Origin: Eledone cirrhosa
Taxonomy: Eukaryota
Length of the DNA stretch: 64,000 bases
Reading direction: 5' to 3'
Assembly: GCA_964016885.1 (NCBI GenBank)
Contig: OZ024745.1
Span: forward strand, 120,218,001-120,282,000
The position numbers and the translations under genes were made by a program. Under the pieces are notes generated by a model. That model saw nothing but the letters and a program-made list of their open reading frames with translations, was not told the origin of the DNA and searched no databases. Below are positions 25,835-39,324 of this stretch, piece by piece (within the stretch, counting starts at the first letter, position 1; every line of letters starts with the position of its first letter).

Positions 25835-26160
25835 CATCCAACCTCGTGGCTTCGGGTTCGCTTCCACTGTGTGACAACCGGGGAAAGGTTCTTCTACTAT
25901 AACTTGTGGTTGACAAATGCCTTGTGAGTAAAATTTCGTAACCAGAAACTTCAGCTGTCCACTGTATATAAATGTGTATATATGTGCCTGTGCTTATATA
26001 CCGTAACCCTAGCGGTAGGACAAACGAATCGATAAAATAAATAGCCGATATGAAGAATTTGATGTTGGGAGATCTATGTAGGAGACTAAATCTCTTTAAA
26101 GAGGTGGCACGGAATAGCCGCAGTCTAATTGCTGAAACAGGTAAAAGATTTAAAGAAAAA
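25835..26160 (+). mobile_element. Old degenerate tRNA/CORE-like SINE (family S3)
   Basis: ttcgggttcgcttccactgtgtgacaacc...tcttctactataac...gccttgtgagt; related fragments near 23780 and 28500. Confidence 0.5.
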
Positions 26161-26184
26161 CAAAGAATATATATATAACCATGT

Positions 26185-26234
26185 CCATTACGAGCTGACG
26201 ATCCGCTAAGGTGAAACAATTGTTCTCGGTATGG
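26185..26234 (+). ncRNA. Minimal hammerhead ribozyme (same family as 11401)
   Basis: CGAG-CUGACGA-UCCGCUAAGGU-GAAA-CAAUUG-UU^CUCG. Confidence 0.75.
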
Positions 26235-26264
26235 TGAACTAACTGTTGTGTTACCTCTTCTATA

Positions 26265-26295
<31 letters not shown>

Positions 26296-26470
26296 TTTTA
26301 TTAAAATAACAGATTAAAGTTTAAGCAAAGAATCGCTGCTTTCACCCTTAACGGGATCTTCTGAAACTAACAAAGTCAATCTGTAAACACATATATATAT
26401 ATATATATACACACACTCTTTTACTCACATAGACACACACACATTTCTTCTAAGCTTCGTACGGACCTAT

Positions 26471-26565
<95 letters not shown>

Positions 26566-26712
26566 CTCATGCTTACGCACGTGCTCAAGTATAGCTCTTT
26601 TTACAAAACGTTTTTTTTTTCCATTTCAGGTAGACGCCTGCCATCATCCACTTTTCGAAAAAGAAAATCATACACAAAACGCCAGCACCAACAGTTTTGC
26701 AAGAGATGTCAA

Positions 26713-26923
26713 CATGAATGGACCTGTTATTTTTATCTAAAGACTTTTTTCAAATTCCATCCCGCCCGTCCCCTCAATCTATTTTATTTCTCATTCTTTC
26801 GTCTGATGAAGGACTAGAGTCCGAAACGTTAAGACCCTCTTCCTGCAATATCAAGCGTTAACCTAATATATACCTTCCATATACTGTACCAATCGTGTTG
26901 TTATTTCTGTTTACCTTTTACAT

Positions 26924-26984
<61 letters not shown>

Positions 26985-27220
26985 TACAAAAAACACACAT
27001 ATACACACTCATGAATGGACCTGTTATTTTTATCTAAAGACTTTTTTTCAAATTCCATCCCGCCCGTCCCCTCAATCTATTTTATTTCTCATTCTTTCGT
27101 CTGATGAAGGACTAGAGTCCGAAACGTTAAAACCCTCTTTCTGCTATATCAAGCGTTAACCTAATATATACCTTCCATATACTGTACCGATTGTGTTGTT
27201 ATTTCTGTTTACCTTTTACA
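26713..27220 (+). repeat. Tandem duplication (298-bp period), each unit carrying a minimal hammerhead core
   Basis: CUGAUGA-AGGACUAGAGUCC-GAAACGUU at 26803-26830 and 27101-27128. Confidence 0.8.
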
Positions 27221-27223
27221 TAC

Positions 27224-27268
<45 letters not shown>

Positions 27269-27433
27269 CAAAAAACACACACACACACACTCACAGACAG
27301 ACATATACGTGTGTGTGTGGGGGGGGGGGGGGTGTTTACTTCGTTGTATATAAAACAAATACGCCGCTGAAACAAAATATATATTTTCACGCGCTAACGT
27401 ATATGTGTGTGTGTGTGTGTGTGTATATATATG

Positions 27434-27700
27434 TGGAGGCACGTGGTCTAGTGGTAAGAGTGTTGGACTTACGATCATAATGTCGTGTGTTCGATTCCTG
27501 GGCTGCGTGTTGTGTTCTTGAGCAAAACACTTCATTTCACGTTGCTCCAGTATATTCAGCTGAAAATGAGTACCAGCAATAGCTGGAGGTTTAACCCTGC
27601 GATGGACTGGCGTCCTGTCCAGGGAGGAGTCTTGTACTCTCAGTCGCTTCCCGCCATGAAACCGGGTTAAGAACCGGCCAAATGAACCTTCTGGCTTAAG
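27434..27700 (+). mobile_element. tRNA-headed SINE (family S4)
   Basis: Box A tggtctagtgg, box B gttcgattcc, body gtgttcttgagcaaaacactt; tail similar to 63950-64000. Confidence 0.8.
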
Positions 27701-27710
27701 ACATACACTT

Positions 27711-27790
<80 letters not shown>

Positions 27791-28299
27791 CATATATATA
27801 TATACACACACACACATGCACACACACATACAAATACACACACAAATATGTATATAGGAACAAGTAAGACCCCGACGGCTGAGCTCTAGCCGTTTCGACG
27901 GCTAATTCTGGACGCGTAAGTATTGAGTACTTTGGTGCGTTATGGTCCACCTGGTTCCTTACCACATTTCCTTCGTTATATGTATATATATATATATATA
28001 TACATATATAAATATATTAAATATATATACATTTATTTACATATACATGTTGTTTGTGTGTGTGTGTGTATACGTCTCTGTGTATGAGTGTATTGTGTGT
28101 ACGCTTTTATGCGAGTGTAGTACGGATTGTTTATAAACATACATGGAAAGAAAGAAACAGAACTGTTGTATATATTTGGTTTTGTGTAATTATGTTTAAA
28201 ATATATATCATATAATATACGCACGCATGTATGTTTATATATTATGTATAAAATATGCCTGAAAGAAAAAAATATGAATACACATGAGTAAAACTATAT

Positions 28300-28497
28300 A
28301 TACCGAGAAATTCCGTTATAACGAAATTCATGGGGTATAAAAAAAAACGGTCATTGTAACGAAAAGTTCTTTATAACGAGATCGACCAAAACAAATCGAG
28401 CTTTTGTTTGTTATTACCTCTCGGGGATTGAAAAACATTTTGTTATACTGAAAAATTCGTTATAATGGTATTCGTTATAACGGAATTTTACCTGCAC
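28300..28497. mobile_element. Short MITE with terminal inverted repeats
   Basis: aaattccgttataacgaa (28308) and ttcgttataacggaattt (28471). Confidence 0.65.
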
Positions 28498-28654
28498 ATA
28501 TAGGTGCCGACATGGCTGTTTGTTTAAGGAGTTCCGTTGCCTACCAGGTGGTGTCAGGGTCACTCTAGTGCCATGGCACCACGTGATAGTCCAGTGACTT
28601 ATGGGATAAATTTGTTACTCGAAAACCGAAAACTGTAGAGAGGAATGACTATCT

Positions 28655-28726
<72 letters not shown>

Positions 28727-28754
28727 AAGGGATAGAGAGAGAGAGACAGAGATT

Positions 28755-28814
<60 letters not shown>

Positions 28815-28990
28815 AGTGTAAGTCTGTGTATAAATATGTATATATGCATGTATGTATATATTCACACACGGACCCCCCCCCCACACACACACATATATAT
28901 ATACATATGTATTTATGCATGTATGTATTATGTATGTATGTGTGTGAATACGTATGTATATATGTATATATGTATCTATCTATGTATGTA

Positions 28991-29625
28991 TGTCAGGTCT
29001 CCAGTTGGTGCTACTGGTAACATGTATCCCAGTACAACCTGTCTCATGGTCTAAACTGGCAACCCCACCAAGGTTTCTTGGTGACGAGGGTGACTTTGGA
29101 CATCCTGCAGGAGTAAAAACAAAACATGTCAAAAGGCAAAGGAGCTCGTAAGAGTCAATGGCCATCCAAAATCACCGGGAGAGATGACCCCTTAGCCTTT
29201 GTCAAGGCAGAATTCTAGGAGAAGGAATACTCTGATATAACACCTGCAACCCTGATGGTATCCAATGATGTTGACTTGTTCTTCTTTTTGGTAAATATCA
29301 TCTTGGTTAAGAGAGTGGGACTGGCTTTGTGCAGTGCCTTTGCTCATTATAAAAGCTTCGCGGCACAGGCATTGCTTTATATCTGGAGATCTCTCTGCAC
29401 TTGTCGTCACATGGTACCATGGGCCCAGCACTATGTGTCAATAATTGTCACAAGTGTAGTATTTGTACCAGAGTTTTCAAGTCGCTGGCTGGACTAAAAA
29501 GTCACAATCATTCAGCGCATCGGTAAGGGTTCTCCTACATGGATATAAAGTAGTGGCTGTACTCGAAAACGAGTTGGCAGCCACCATGTATCTATGTATG
29601 CATGTATGTATGTATGTATGTATGC
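28991..29625 (+). mobile_element. Family B RTE derivative
   Basis: Near identical to 2056-2682, with a small 5' deletion. Confidence 0.88.
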
Positions 29626-29627
29626 AT

Positions 29628-30110
29628 GGTCGAGTCGTCGGTGACTAAACCGGCAACCCCACCAAGTACTTGGTGGGTAGGGTGATTTTGGACACCCTGC
29701 AGGACAAAAAACAAAACCTGACAAAGGCCGGAAGAAACTCATAAGAGTCAACGGCCATCCAAAAGTGTGTAAATATGTATATACACATGTACCGCGCGGT
29801 TAAACAACTGGGAGTGAAGGACCCCTAGCCTTTGTTAGGGCATTCTTATAGGAGAAGGCAACTCAGGAAAGTGGGATAACTCCGATATAAAACCTGTGGC
29901 TCAGTAGTTAACGATGATGTTGATCTTTTCTTCTTTTCGGGTTATAGCTACTGTAGCTCAGAGAGTGGGACTGGCTCAGTGCACAGTCTTTCCTCTCTTT
30001 AAAAAATATCTTCACGCACAGGCATTGCATGATAGAATTAAGTAATAATTATTAATAAGGGTATATCGTGCAATGGCCATACTCGATACGAGGGGGCAGC
30101 CATCATGTAT
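29628..30110 (+). mobile_element. Family A RTE derivative, inserted in the tail of a family B copy
   Basis: Homologous to 1490-2025. Confidence 0.85.
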
Positions 30111-30249
30111 ATATATATATATGTATGCATGTATGTATGTATGTATGTGTATATATATGTATGTATGCATGTATGTATGTATGTATGCACATACGCCCTC
30201 AGGTCGATACTAACAAGAAAATCACTTTAAGGTCGCTTTCTATGTTTAC

Positions 30250-30495
30250 TATAACTCAGAACGTAAAGGGACATAACTCTATGCTGCAAAGCATGTTGTC
30301 AGACGCTCTACCGATACTGCTAATCCACCGCGCTAAAGTAATGATTTATGGTTTAGACACTAGTCCAATAATTTGAGGCGGCGGGGGGGGGGGGGGGAAT
30401 ACAAACCCCAGTAAATTACTGGTACATTATTTATTGATCCTGCGAGGAAGAAAGGTAAAGTTAACCTCGGCGAAATTTGAACTCAGAACGTAAAG
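30250..30495 (-). mobile_element. Two SINE S1 fragments
   Basis: S1 head at 30250-30330 and S1 body/tail at 30350-30495. Confidence 0.7.
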
Positions 30496-30826
30496 AAATA
30501 ATATTACAGTCATGTGTGTGTGTGCGTGTGTACATGTGTGTATGTGTGTGCGCATATGTATACACATATATGTATATATATATGTGTGTGCTTATGTGTG
30601 TGTGCATATGTATACACACATATATATATATAAACACATAAACACGCACATACACACATATATAATATATGTATATATATATATATATATAAACACACAC
30701 ATATATATATATATATATGTATATATGTGTGTGTGCATGTGTTTTTATACATGTATGCACGTATATATATATGCACGTATATATATGCACGTATATATGC
30801 ACGTATATATATATATATATATATAA

Positions 30827-30860
<34 letters not shown>

Positions 30861-31078
30861 GTGTGTATATATATATATATATATAAAAACACACATACAC
30901 ACACACATATATATATATTTATATATATATATAAACAAATATATAAACATATATATATTCATATACATACATACATACATACATACATACATACATACAT
31001 AAGTATATATATATACGTATATATAAGTATATATACGTGCATACATGTATAAAAACACATGCACACACACATATATAC

Positions 31079-31148
<70 letters not shown>

Positions 31149-31189
31149 GATATTAAATAAATGGAAATTATATTTATAAAACCATATTT

Positions 31190-31253
31190 ATTTCATTATA
31201 TATATTTCAGGGATAACACATTAAAAATATGTTATGCCTTCTTCAGACAAAAT
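31190..31253 (-). ncRNA. Minimal type I hammerhead ribozyme (8171 family)
   Basis: Minus strand AUUUUGU-CUGAAGA-AGGCAUAACAU...AUGUGUUAUCCCU-GAAA-UAUAUAUA^AUGAAAU. Confidence 0.8.
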
Positions 31254-31323
31254 ACAATATAAACAGTCTTATAAATAAATAGATTCGACATATTCGATAT
31301 ATATATATGTGTGTGTGTGTGTT

Positions 31324-31356
<33 letters not shown>

Positions 31357-31577
31357 ATCACGATATATTTTTAATGTTACATTATTTACATTATCATTTG
31401 TCTCTTCTATGAAGTATTTTTAGGAAAGGGCCCCCTGATTTTTACACACGTGATTCACTGATCACGGTTTTGGGCCCTTCGTGACCCAGCCCTGGATGGT
31501 GTGTTTTGTGGAAGACCAACAGCCTCACCCCTCCAAGGGAAAAGCAAAGGCCGAAACAGCATAATCACTATCTAATG

Positions 31578-32158
31578 CAGAGGTCCTCAAAGTGGGTGCT
31601 CCTGTCCTCTCGGGCGTCTTGAGTAGGTCCAGGTGGTGGTGGGGTGTTAGAGATAATATAATAGTATATAAAATATCAAATGATTCATATTATATATAAA
31701 TATAATAGAATAAAAATATATAATATATCAATAGTGTATATATTAGGGTGAATTTAATTGACTTTCTTTTCGCCACTAAAATTGATGGCCTAATCACAAG
31801 GAAGAAAATCAAACTTTACAGTTGTTGTCTTCCTGTTTCTTCTACAACAACTACAACGGTACGCGATGGGGCCCACCCACAGCCCCGGTGGATAGAATGG
31901 AGAAGGCGTTTCCCCGGAGGATGGCAAGGGAGACGCGCTGGAAGATCCACTCCAACTCGCGGGGCTCACACCTGCGGCTGGCCAGCTCAGCACCTATGGT
32001 GGTGAGTAAAAAGGTAGCCCTAAATTAACGATTTTATTTATATATTATTTGCAATTTGCGTGTAGGTAGGTCTCTCTGGAAATAGGGATGGAGGGCACTG
32101 AGCGTATTACGTGGCCGTGAGGGTGGGTGCGGTGACCCGAAAAGCTTGAGAACCCCTG
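31578..32158. mobile_element. Non-autonomous hAT element containing a CRE-like fragment (31862-32022, minus strand)
   Basis: 8-bp TSD atctaatg at 31570-31577 and 32159-32166; TIRs cagaggtcctcaa / ttgagaacccctg. Confidence 0.8.
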
Positions 32159-32214
32159 ATCTAATGCTTTGACAACAATGGACAAGATCCCAGCTTTATT
32201 CAATTACCTAGTTG

Positions 32215-32382
32215 GGTAGAACTCGTCAGATCGGCCCAAGGAAACAATCTTTCCTAGCAGAAGGATCAACGTGAAATATAGCATCTTGCTCAAGGACATA
32301 ATGCATCACCCGGCCACGGAATCGAACTCACAACCTCACGATTCTGAAACCAATTCTCTGATCACTAAGCCACGTTCCTTCC
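32215..32382 (-). mobile_element. SINE S2-related copy
   Basis: tcttgctcaaggacataatgcatcacccgg...atcgaactcacaacctcacgatt. Confidence 0.65.
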
Positions 32383-33021
32383 GATTTTATTCTTGATCTC
32401 ACCATACAGAGAGATGGGGAGAGCGAGAGAGATGGAGGCGATAAGAGTGGGGGGTTCGACCCTTCCACGTTCGGACCATATCCTTGTGGTTGTGTTCATT
32501 ATCTATATAGGAATATAACTCTACTTTCTATATTAAGAACACCCATTTCTAAATAAAAGAATATAATTTGGCACTAGAGTCGACACAACTCATTTTTAAG
32601 GGCTTGGTGGACCGGAGCAGCATGAAATAAAGTGACTTGATTGGAAATCTAACCCATGACATGGATCCTGGCCTCACCACCCAAAACATCAAGCTACATA
32701 GATTTACAGACGCTCAATTAAATATATATTTAAATGTAAACTAAATTTTTAAACTGCGATACATTTTGTAAACAAGAATTTGGAGGGGAAACATGAACTC
32801 ATTGACACCGATCGACGGCAGTAGAGAGATTTGTTAACAATATACACATTGGCATGTGTATATACATATACACACACTCATATACACACATGTATATGTA
32901 TAGGTAAATATATATAGAGAGAGAGGGAGAAGGGTAAGACATATAGACAGACAGACAGACACACACACAAACACAAACACAAACACACACACAAACACAC
33001 ACAAACACACAAAAACACACA

Positions 33022-33069
<48 letters not shown>

Positions 33070-33314
33070 GATTAAGGGAGAGACAGAGATAGAAATAGAT
33101 AGTGAGAGTAACAGAGAGAGAGAGAGAGTGACAAGCAGATAGAGAGACAGAGAGAAAGAGAGAGAGAGACACAGACAGACAGAGAGAGAGAGACAGAGAA
33201 GGAGAGAGATAGAGAGATAGATTGATAGACAAAGACAGAGAGAGAGATGAAGATATATATAGAGAGAGGGAGAGACAGAGGTAGGGAAGGGGGTGATGCT
33301 GACCATGCAAATAA

Positions 33315-33527
33315 TGATTTCTAGACTAGGCACAAGGCCAGTAATTTGGGGGGAGGGGAAAGTCGATTATATCGATCTCAGTGCATTACTGGTACTTTAT
33401 TTTATTGACCCCGTAAGGATGAAAGGCAAAGTTAACCTACGCGGGATTTGAACTCAGATCATAAAGGGCCGTAACTCTATGCTGCGAAGCATGGTGTCCG
33501 ACCCTCTACCGATACTGCCAATCCACT
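33315..33527 (-). mobile_element. SINE S1, full length
   Basis: Matches S1. Confidence 0.85.
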
Positions 33528-33699
33528 AAATAATGTTATTTGTTGTGGTTGTCTTTCCTGTGTTGGTGGCGGCGGGGAATGGCGGAAACTGAGGAGGAAG
33601 AGATCCGACTCTTTCTTTATCTTTTCTTACTTTCTATATTTTATATGATTCTTTGGAAATCTCTGTTCGGAATTCCAATGACACATCTGTCTACTTGAT

Positions 33700-33823
33700 A
33701 TTGTCGTTGTCGTTGTTGTCGTTGTTGTCGTTGTTGTCGTTGTGGTGGTGGTGGTGGTGGTGGTGGTGGTAGTGGTGGTGGTGTTGTTGTTGTTGTTGTT
33801 GGTGGTGGTGGTGTTGGTGGTGG

Positions 33824-33869
<46 letters not shown>

Positions 33870-33918
33870 GGTGGTGTTGTTGTTGTTGTTGGTGGTGGTG
33901 GTGTTGGTGGTGTTGTTG

Positions 33919-33950
<32 letters not shown>

Positions 33951-34002
33951 GGTGTTGTTGTTGTTGTTGGTGGTGGTGTTGTTGGTGGTGGTGTTGGTGG
34001 TG

Positions 34003-34034
<32 letters not shown>

Positions 34035-35660
34035 GGTGGTGGTGGTGGTGGTGGTGGTGGTGGTGTTGGTGTTGTTGTTGTTGGTGGTAGTGGTGGTGGT
34101 GGTGGTGGTGGTGGTGGTAGTGTTGGTGGTGGTGTTGTTGGTGTTGGTGGTGTTGGTAGTGGTGGTGGTGGTGGTGGTGGTGGTGGTGGTGGTGGTGTTG
34201 GTGGTGGTGGTGATGGTGGGGTTGGTGTTGGTGTTGTTGTTGGTAGTGGTGGTGGTGGTGATGGTGGTGGTGGTGTTGTTGGTGTTGTTGTTGGTGGTGG
34301 TGTTGGTAGTGCTGGTGGTGTTTGTGGTGGTAGTGGTGTAGGTGTTGTTGTTGGTGGTGGTGTCTTTGGTGTTGGTAGTGGTGGTGGTGGTGGTGGTGGT
34401 GATGGTGGTGGTGGTGGTGGTAGTGGTGGTGGTGGCGGTGTTGGTGTTGTTGTTGGTGGTGGTGTTGGTAGTGGTGGTGGTGTTGGTGGTGGTGGTGGTG
34501 GTGGTGGTGGTGGTGGTGGTATTGTTGTTGTTGGTGGTGGTGGTGTTGTTGTTGGTGGTGGTGTTGGTAGTGGTGGTGGTGTTGGTGGTGGTGGTGGTGG
34601 TGGTGGTGGTAGTGGTGGTGGTGGTGTTGGTGTTGTTGTTGGTGGTGGTGTTGGTGGTGGTGGTGGTGGTGGTGTTTTTGGTGGTGGTGTGTTTGGTGGT
34701 GGTGATGGTGTTGGTGGTGGTGGTGTTGTTGTTGTTGTTGGTGGTGGTAGTGGTGGTGGTGGTGGTGGTGGTGGTGGTGGTAGTGGTAGTGTTGTTGGTG
34801 GTGGTGGTAGTGGTGGTGGTGGTGGTGGTGGTGGTGGTGGTGGTGGTGGTGGTGGTGGTGGTGTTGGTGGTGGTGGTAGTGGTGGTGATGGTGTTGTTGG
34901 TGGTGGTGGTAGTGGTGGTGGTGTTGTTGGTGGTGTTGTTGTTGGTGGTGGTGTTGGTGGTGGTGGTAGTGGTGGTGGTGGTAGTGGTGGTGGTGTTGTT
35001 GATGGTGGTGGTGGTGGTGGTGTTGTTGATGACGGTGGGGGTGGTGGTGGTGTTGTTGATGGTGGTCGTGGTGGTGGTGTTTGTGTTGTTGTTTGTGTTG
35101 TTGGTTATGTTGTCATATGTTGTTTGTGTTGTCGTTGTTGTTGTTGTTGTTGTTGTTTGTGTTGTTGGTTATGTTGTCATATGTTGTTTGTGTTGTCGTT
35201 GTTGTTTGTGTTGTTGTTGTCGTTGTTGTCATGTGTTGTTTGTGTTGTCGTTGTTGATGTCATGTGTTGTTTGTGTTATTGTTTATGTTGTTATATGTTG
35301 TTTGTGTTGTTGTTGTCGTTGTTGTTGTTACATGTGTTATTGTTTATGTCGTTGTCATATGTGTTGTTTGTGTTGTTGTTGTTGTTGTTGTTTGTGTTAT
35401 TGTTTATGTCGTTGTCATATGTGTTGTTTGTGTTGTTGTTGTCGTTGTTGTTTGTGTTATTGTTTATGTCGTTGTCATATATGTTGTTTGTGTTGTTGTC
35501 GTTGTTGTTGTTACATGTGTTATTGTTTATGTCGTTGTCATATGTGTTGTTTGTGTTGTTGTTGTCGTTGTTGTTGTTGTTTGTGTTATTGTTTATGTCG
35601 TTGCCATATGTTGCTGTTGTTGTTGTCATATGTTGTGTTGTTGTTGTTGTTGTCATATCT
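33700..35660. repeat. (GTG/TTG)n compound microsatellite grading into a roughly 57-80-bp higher-order repeat
   Basis: Directly visible; tgttattgtttatgtcgttgtcatatg recurs at 35270-35610. Confidence 0.92.
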
Positions 35661-35800
35661 TGTGTTGTTTCCCTTAGTCACTCCTGTAATCAGGGACCAA
35701 TAATTTATAATTATCTGGTTGTTTTGTTTTCGGTTTTTCTTATTTTCTCTCCCTTTTTCTACCTTATTGGACATAGAGTCACCGGGTACATTATTTAAAG

Positions 35801-36262
35801 CAGGCATGTCAGACATGCAACCCGCGGGTCGCACGCGGCCCTTTACAAAGGTTTTTACAGCGCGAGCATGTTTTATCTACGTAAATTAGTGGCCCTCAGA
35901 CAACACATATGTGACCCTGTGGCCCTCAGACAACACGTATGTGACCCATGTGGCCCTCAGACAACACGTATGTGACCCATGTGGTCCTCAGACAACACGT
36001 ATGTGAACCATGTGGTCCTCAGACAACACGTATGTGAACCATGTGGTCCTCAGACAACACGTATGTGACCCCTGTGGCCCTCAGACAACACATGTGAAAC
36101 CCATGTGGTCCTCAGACAACACATGTGTGACCCATGTGGTCCTCAGACAACACGTATGTGACCCATGTGGTCCTCAGACAACACGTATGTGAACCATGTG
36201 GCCCTCAGACAACACATATGTGACCCATGTCGCCCCCACGGCCCCTCAGTTTGGCATGCCTG
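35801..36262. mobile_element. Non-autonomous hAT (Charlie-like) MITE with an internal 30-31-bp tandem array
   Basis: 8-bp TSD atttaaag at 35793-35800 and 36263-36270; TIRs caggcatgtc / ggcatgcctg; about 11 units of gtgg(c/t)cctcagacaacacgtatgtgacccat. Confidence 0.88.
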
Positions 36263-36388
36263 ATTTAAAGTGATTTCCCTTTCTCTTAATTAGGGTGTGA
36301 CCCGAATGGGATTTGTTATATTGCTATATGGGTTGAGTAACTAAGTATAAGATCTCTTAATGACACGCTATTAATTCGTGTGTTTGTT

Positions 36389-36428
<40 letters not shown>

Positions 36429-36545
36429 ATGTGTGTGTATGTGTGTGTGTGTGTGGTGTGTGTGTGGTTGTTAGGTATTTCCGAAGAAGAAGCTAAGGAG
36501 TAAAGAATGCTCTATGTATAGAACAGAGCAATTTAATTGTTGCTC

Positions 36546-36599
<54 letters not shown>

Positions 36600-36602
<3 letters not shown>

Positions 36603-36785
36603 GTTTCTACTTTTAGCACGAGGCCAGCAATTACCCCAGTGCATTACTGATACTTTATTTTATCAACTCCGTAAGGATGAAAGGCAAAGTTAACCTCGAC
36701 GGGATTTGAACTCAGACCGTAAAGGGACCTAACTATGCTGCAAAGCATGGCGTCCGACCCTCTACCGATACTGCCAATTCACCGA
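36600..36785 (-). mobile_element. SINE S1
   Basis: Matches S1. Confidence 0.85.
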
Positions 36786-36947
36786 TAGATAATATATATA
36801 TATAATATATATATTATATAATATATATAATATATATATAATGTATATATATAATATATTACGTTTAAAAGCTTGACAAATTGAAAATTGCGGTCGGCAA
36901 AACCCAACCATACAATACCAAAAACAACGACAGAACTAATCAGGTAA

Positions 36948-37067
<120 letters not shown>

Positions 37068-37225
37068 GTATATATATATATATGTATATATTTATGTATA
37101 TATATATATGTATATATTTATGTATATATATATATGTATATATAATGTATATATTTATGTATATATATATATGTATATATAATATGTATATATGTATATA
37201 TGTATGTATATATATACACATTTAT

Positions 37226-37272
<47 letters not shown>

Positions 37273-37949
37273 CATATATACACACATATATATATACACA
37301 TATATATATATACACATATATATATATATACACATATATATATACATATATACACACATATATATATATATACACACATATATATATACATATATATATA
37401 TACATATATACACACATATATATATACATATATATATACATATATACACACATATATATATATATACACACACATATATATACATATATATATATATATA
37501 AAGTACCAGTAACACACTGGAGTCGATTTAATCGACTTTCCCCACCATTACCCCGAAATTGTTCGGCCTGTGCCTAAATAAAAATAAAAAGTTATTACAG
37601 GTGTGAACAAAAATATGTCCAAATGACATTAGAAACCGTACGGCATTCTCGATTGATCAAGAGCTTACCTCTTGTTCTATGTCTGCTTATATTGTTGATG
37701 TTGTTGTTGTTGTTGTATCCTTACATGTTCCTTTATTTCACTGTGTTCTTGTTATTGTTATTACTGTTGCTCCTACTAGCGCTGCTGCTGCTATTTTTGT
37801 TGATGCTATTTACCATGTGCACATGGATTCGCCGGTAAGCTGTATACAGTAGCGTGGTTAATGTTGTGATCGCTGTTGCTGTTGTTGTTGTTCTCTCCTC
37901 GTTTGTTTACATTTCGTACAGCTATGCAATATATGCGTAAATATGTGTA

Positions 37950-38009
<60 letters not shown>

Positions 38010-38111
38010 TGTTCACTCGCGTGTATGAGCATGTGTGTAGGTTTTCCTGTGCCCATATGTGTGTATAAATAATAACATAACTTGTACATGTATGCATAAA
38101 CAGATAGATAA

Positions 38112-38169
<58 letters not shown>

Positions 38170-38526
38170 AGTTTCTATTTATTTGCCACGAGGGCACAAA
38201 AGAAGGCGATAAATACAAGGGGGTGGGGAGTTTACATAAAGGAACGAGTAAAAAACAAATAAGAAATATAAAATTAACAATACAGTCCTCAAAAGGGAGG
38301 AGGCGTTTAAATAGATAGATAAATAGATAGATAGATAGATAGATAGATAGTAGATAGATAGTAGATAGATAGATAGATACATAGATAGATAGATAGTAGA
38401 TAGATAACTTTCTTTTTATTTTAGATAGATGTGTGTGTATACATATATATAAAATGATATGTGTATGCTAGGGGAAAATGCGCAAAAAGGAAAAAGGTGA
38501 GAAAATTGAAGAGATTTTGTGTGTAA

Positions 38527-38581
<55 letters not shown>

Positions 38582-38613
38582 AATATCTCTATATATATAT
38601 AGATAGAGAGATT

Positions 38614-38650
<37 letters not shown>

Positions 38651-38665
38651 GAAAATAGAGAAATT

Positions 38666-38816
<151 letters not shown>

Positions 38817-38828
38817 TGTAGAAATAGT

Positions 38829-38874
<46 letters not shown>

Positions 38875-39017
38875 TATTTCTTTATTAGCCACAGGGGCAC
38901 AAAAGAAGGGGACAAATACAAAGGGGGAAGTTTACATACAATAAAAACGTGTAAAATGCTATCACAGATAGATAGATAGATAGATAGATAGATGGACAGA
39001 GAGAAAGAGAGAGAGAG

Positions 39018-39093
<76 letters not shown>

Positions 39094-39156
39094 GAGAGAG
39101 AGAATATGAATAAGTGAAGTGGAGGTAAGTGTGTGGAGATAGGTAAAATATCTTAC

Positions 39157-39230
39157 AGCTGCTATATTCAGGATGGTAAACGGGTAGCTGATGCCGGCTT
39201 GATGTCAGCGAAACAGTTTTGACGAATGCG
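39157..39230 (-). other. Candidate 74-bp host exon
   Basis: Unique island among microsatellites; T-rich acceptor ending ttttcttcag, donor gtaaga; one open frame AFVKTVSLTSSRHQLPVYHPEYSS. Confidence 0.3.
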
Positions 39231-39324
39231 CTGAAGAAAAAATAAAACTTGTTCGTTTGTTCATCCGTATATTTCACTACAGTTTACAATGGGTGGCAGT
39301 ATGTTAGTATCAACAGAACTCGAA

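Noticed and set aside
27434-27505. Functional tRNA gene
   Set aside because: A and B boxes are present but the acceptor stem is poor and the sequence continues into a SINE body; the same applies to S1 and S2 heads
33742-35798. Poly-Val/Leu membrane protein ORFs
   Set aside because: (GTG/TTG)n microsatellite
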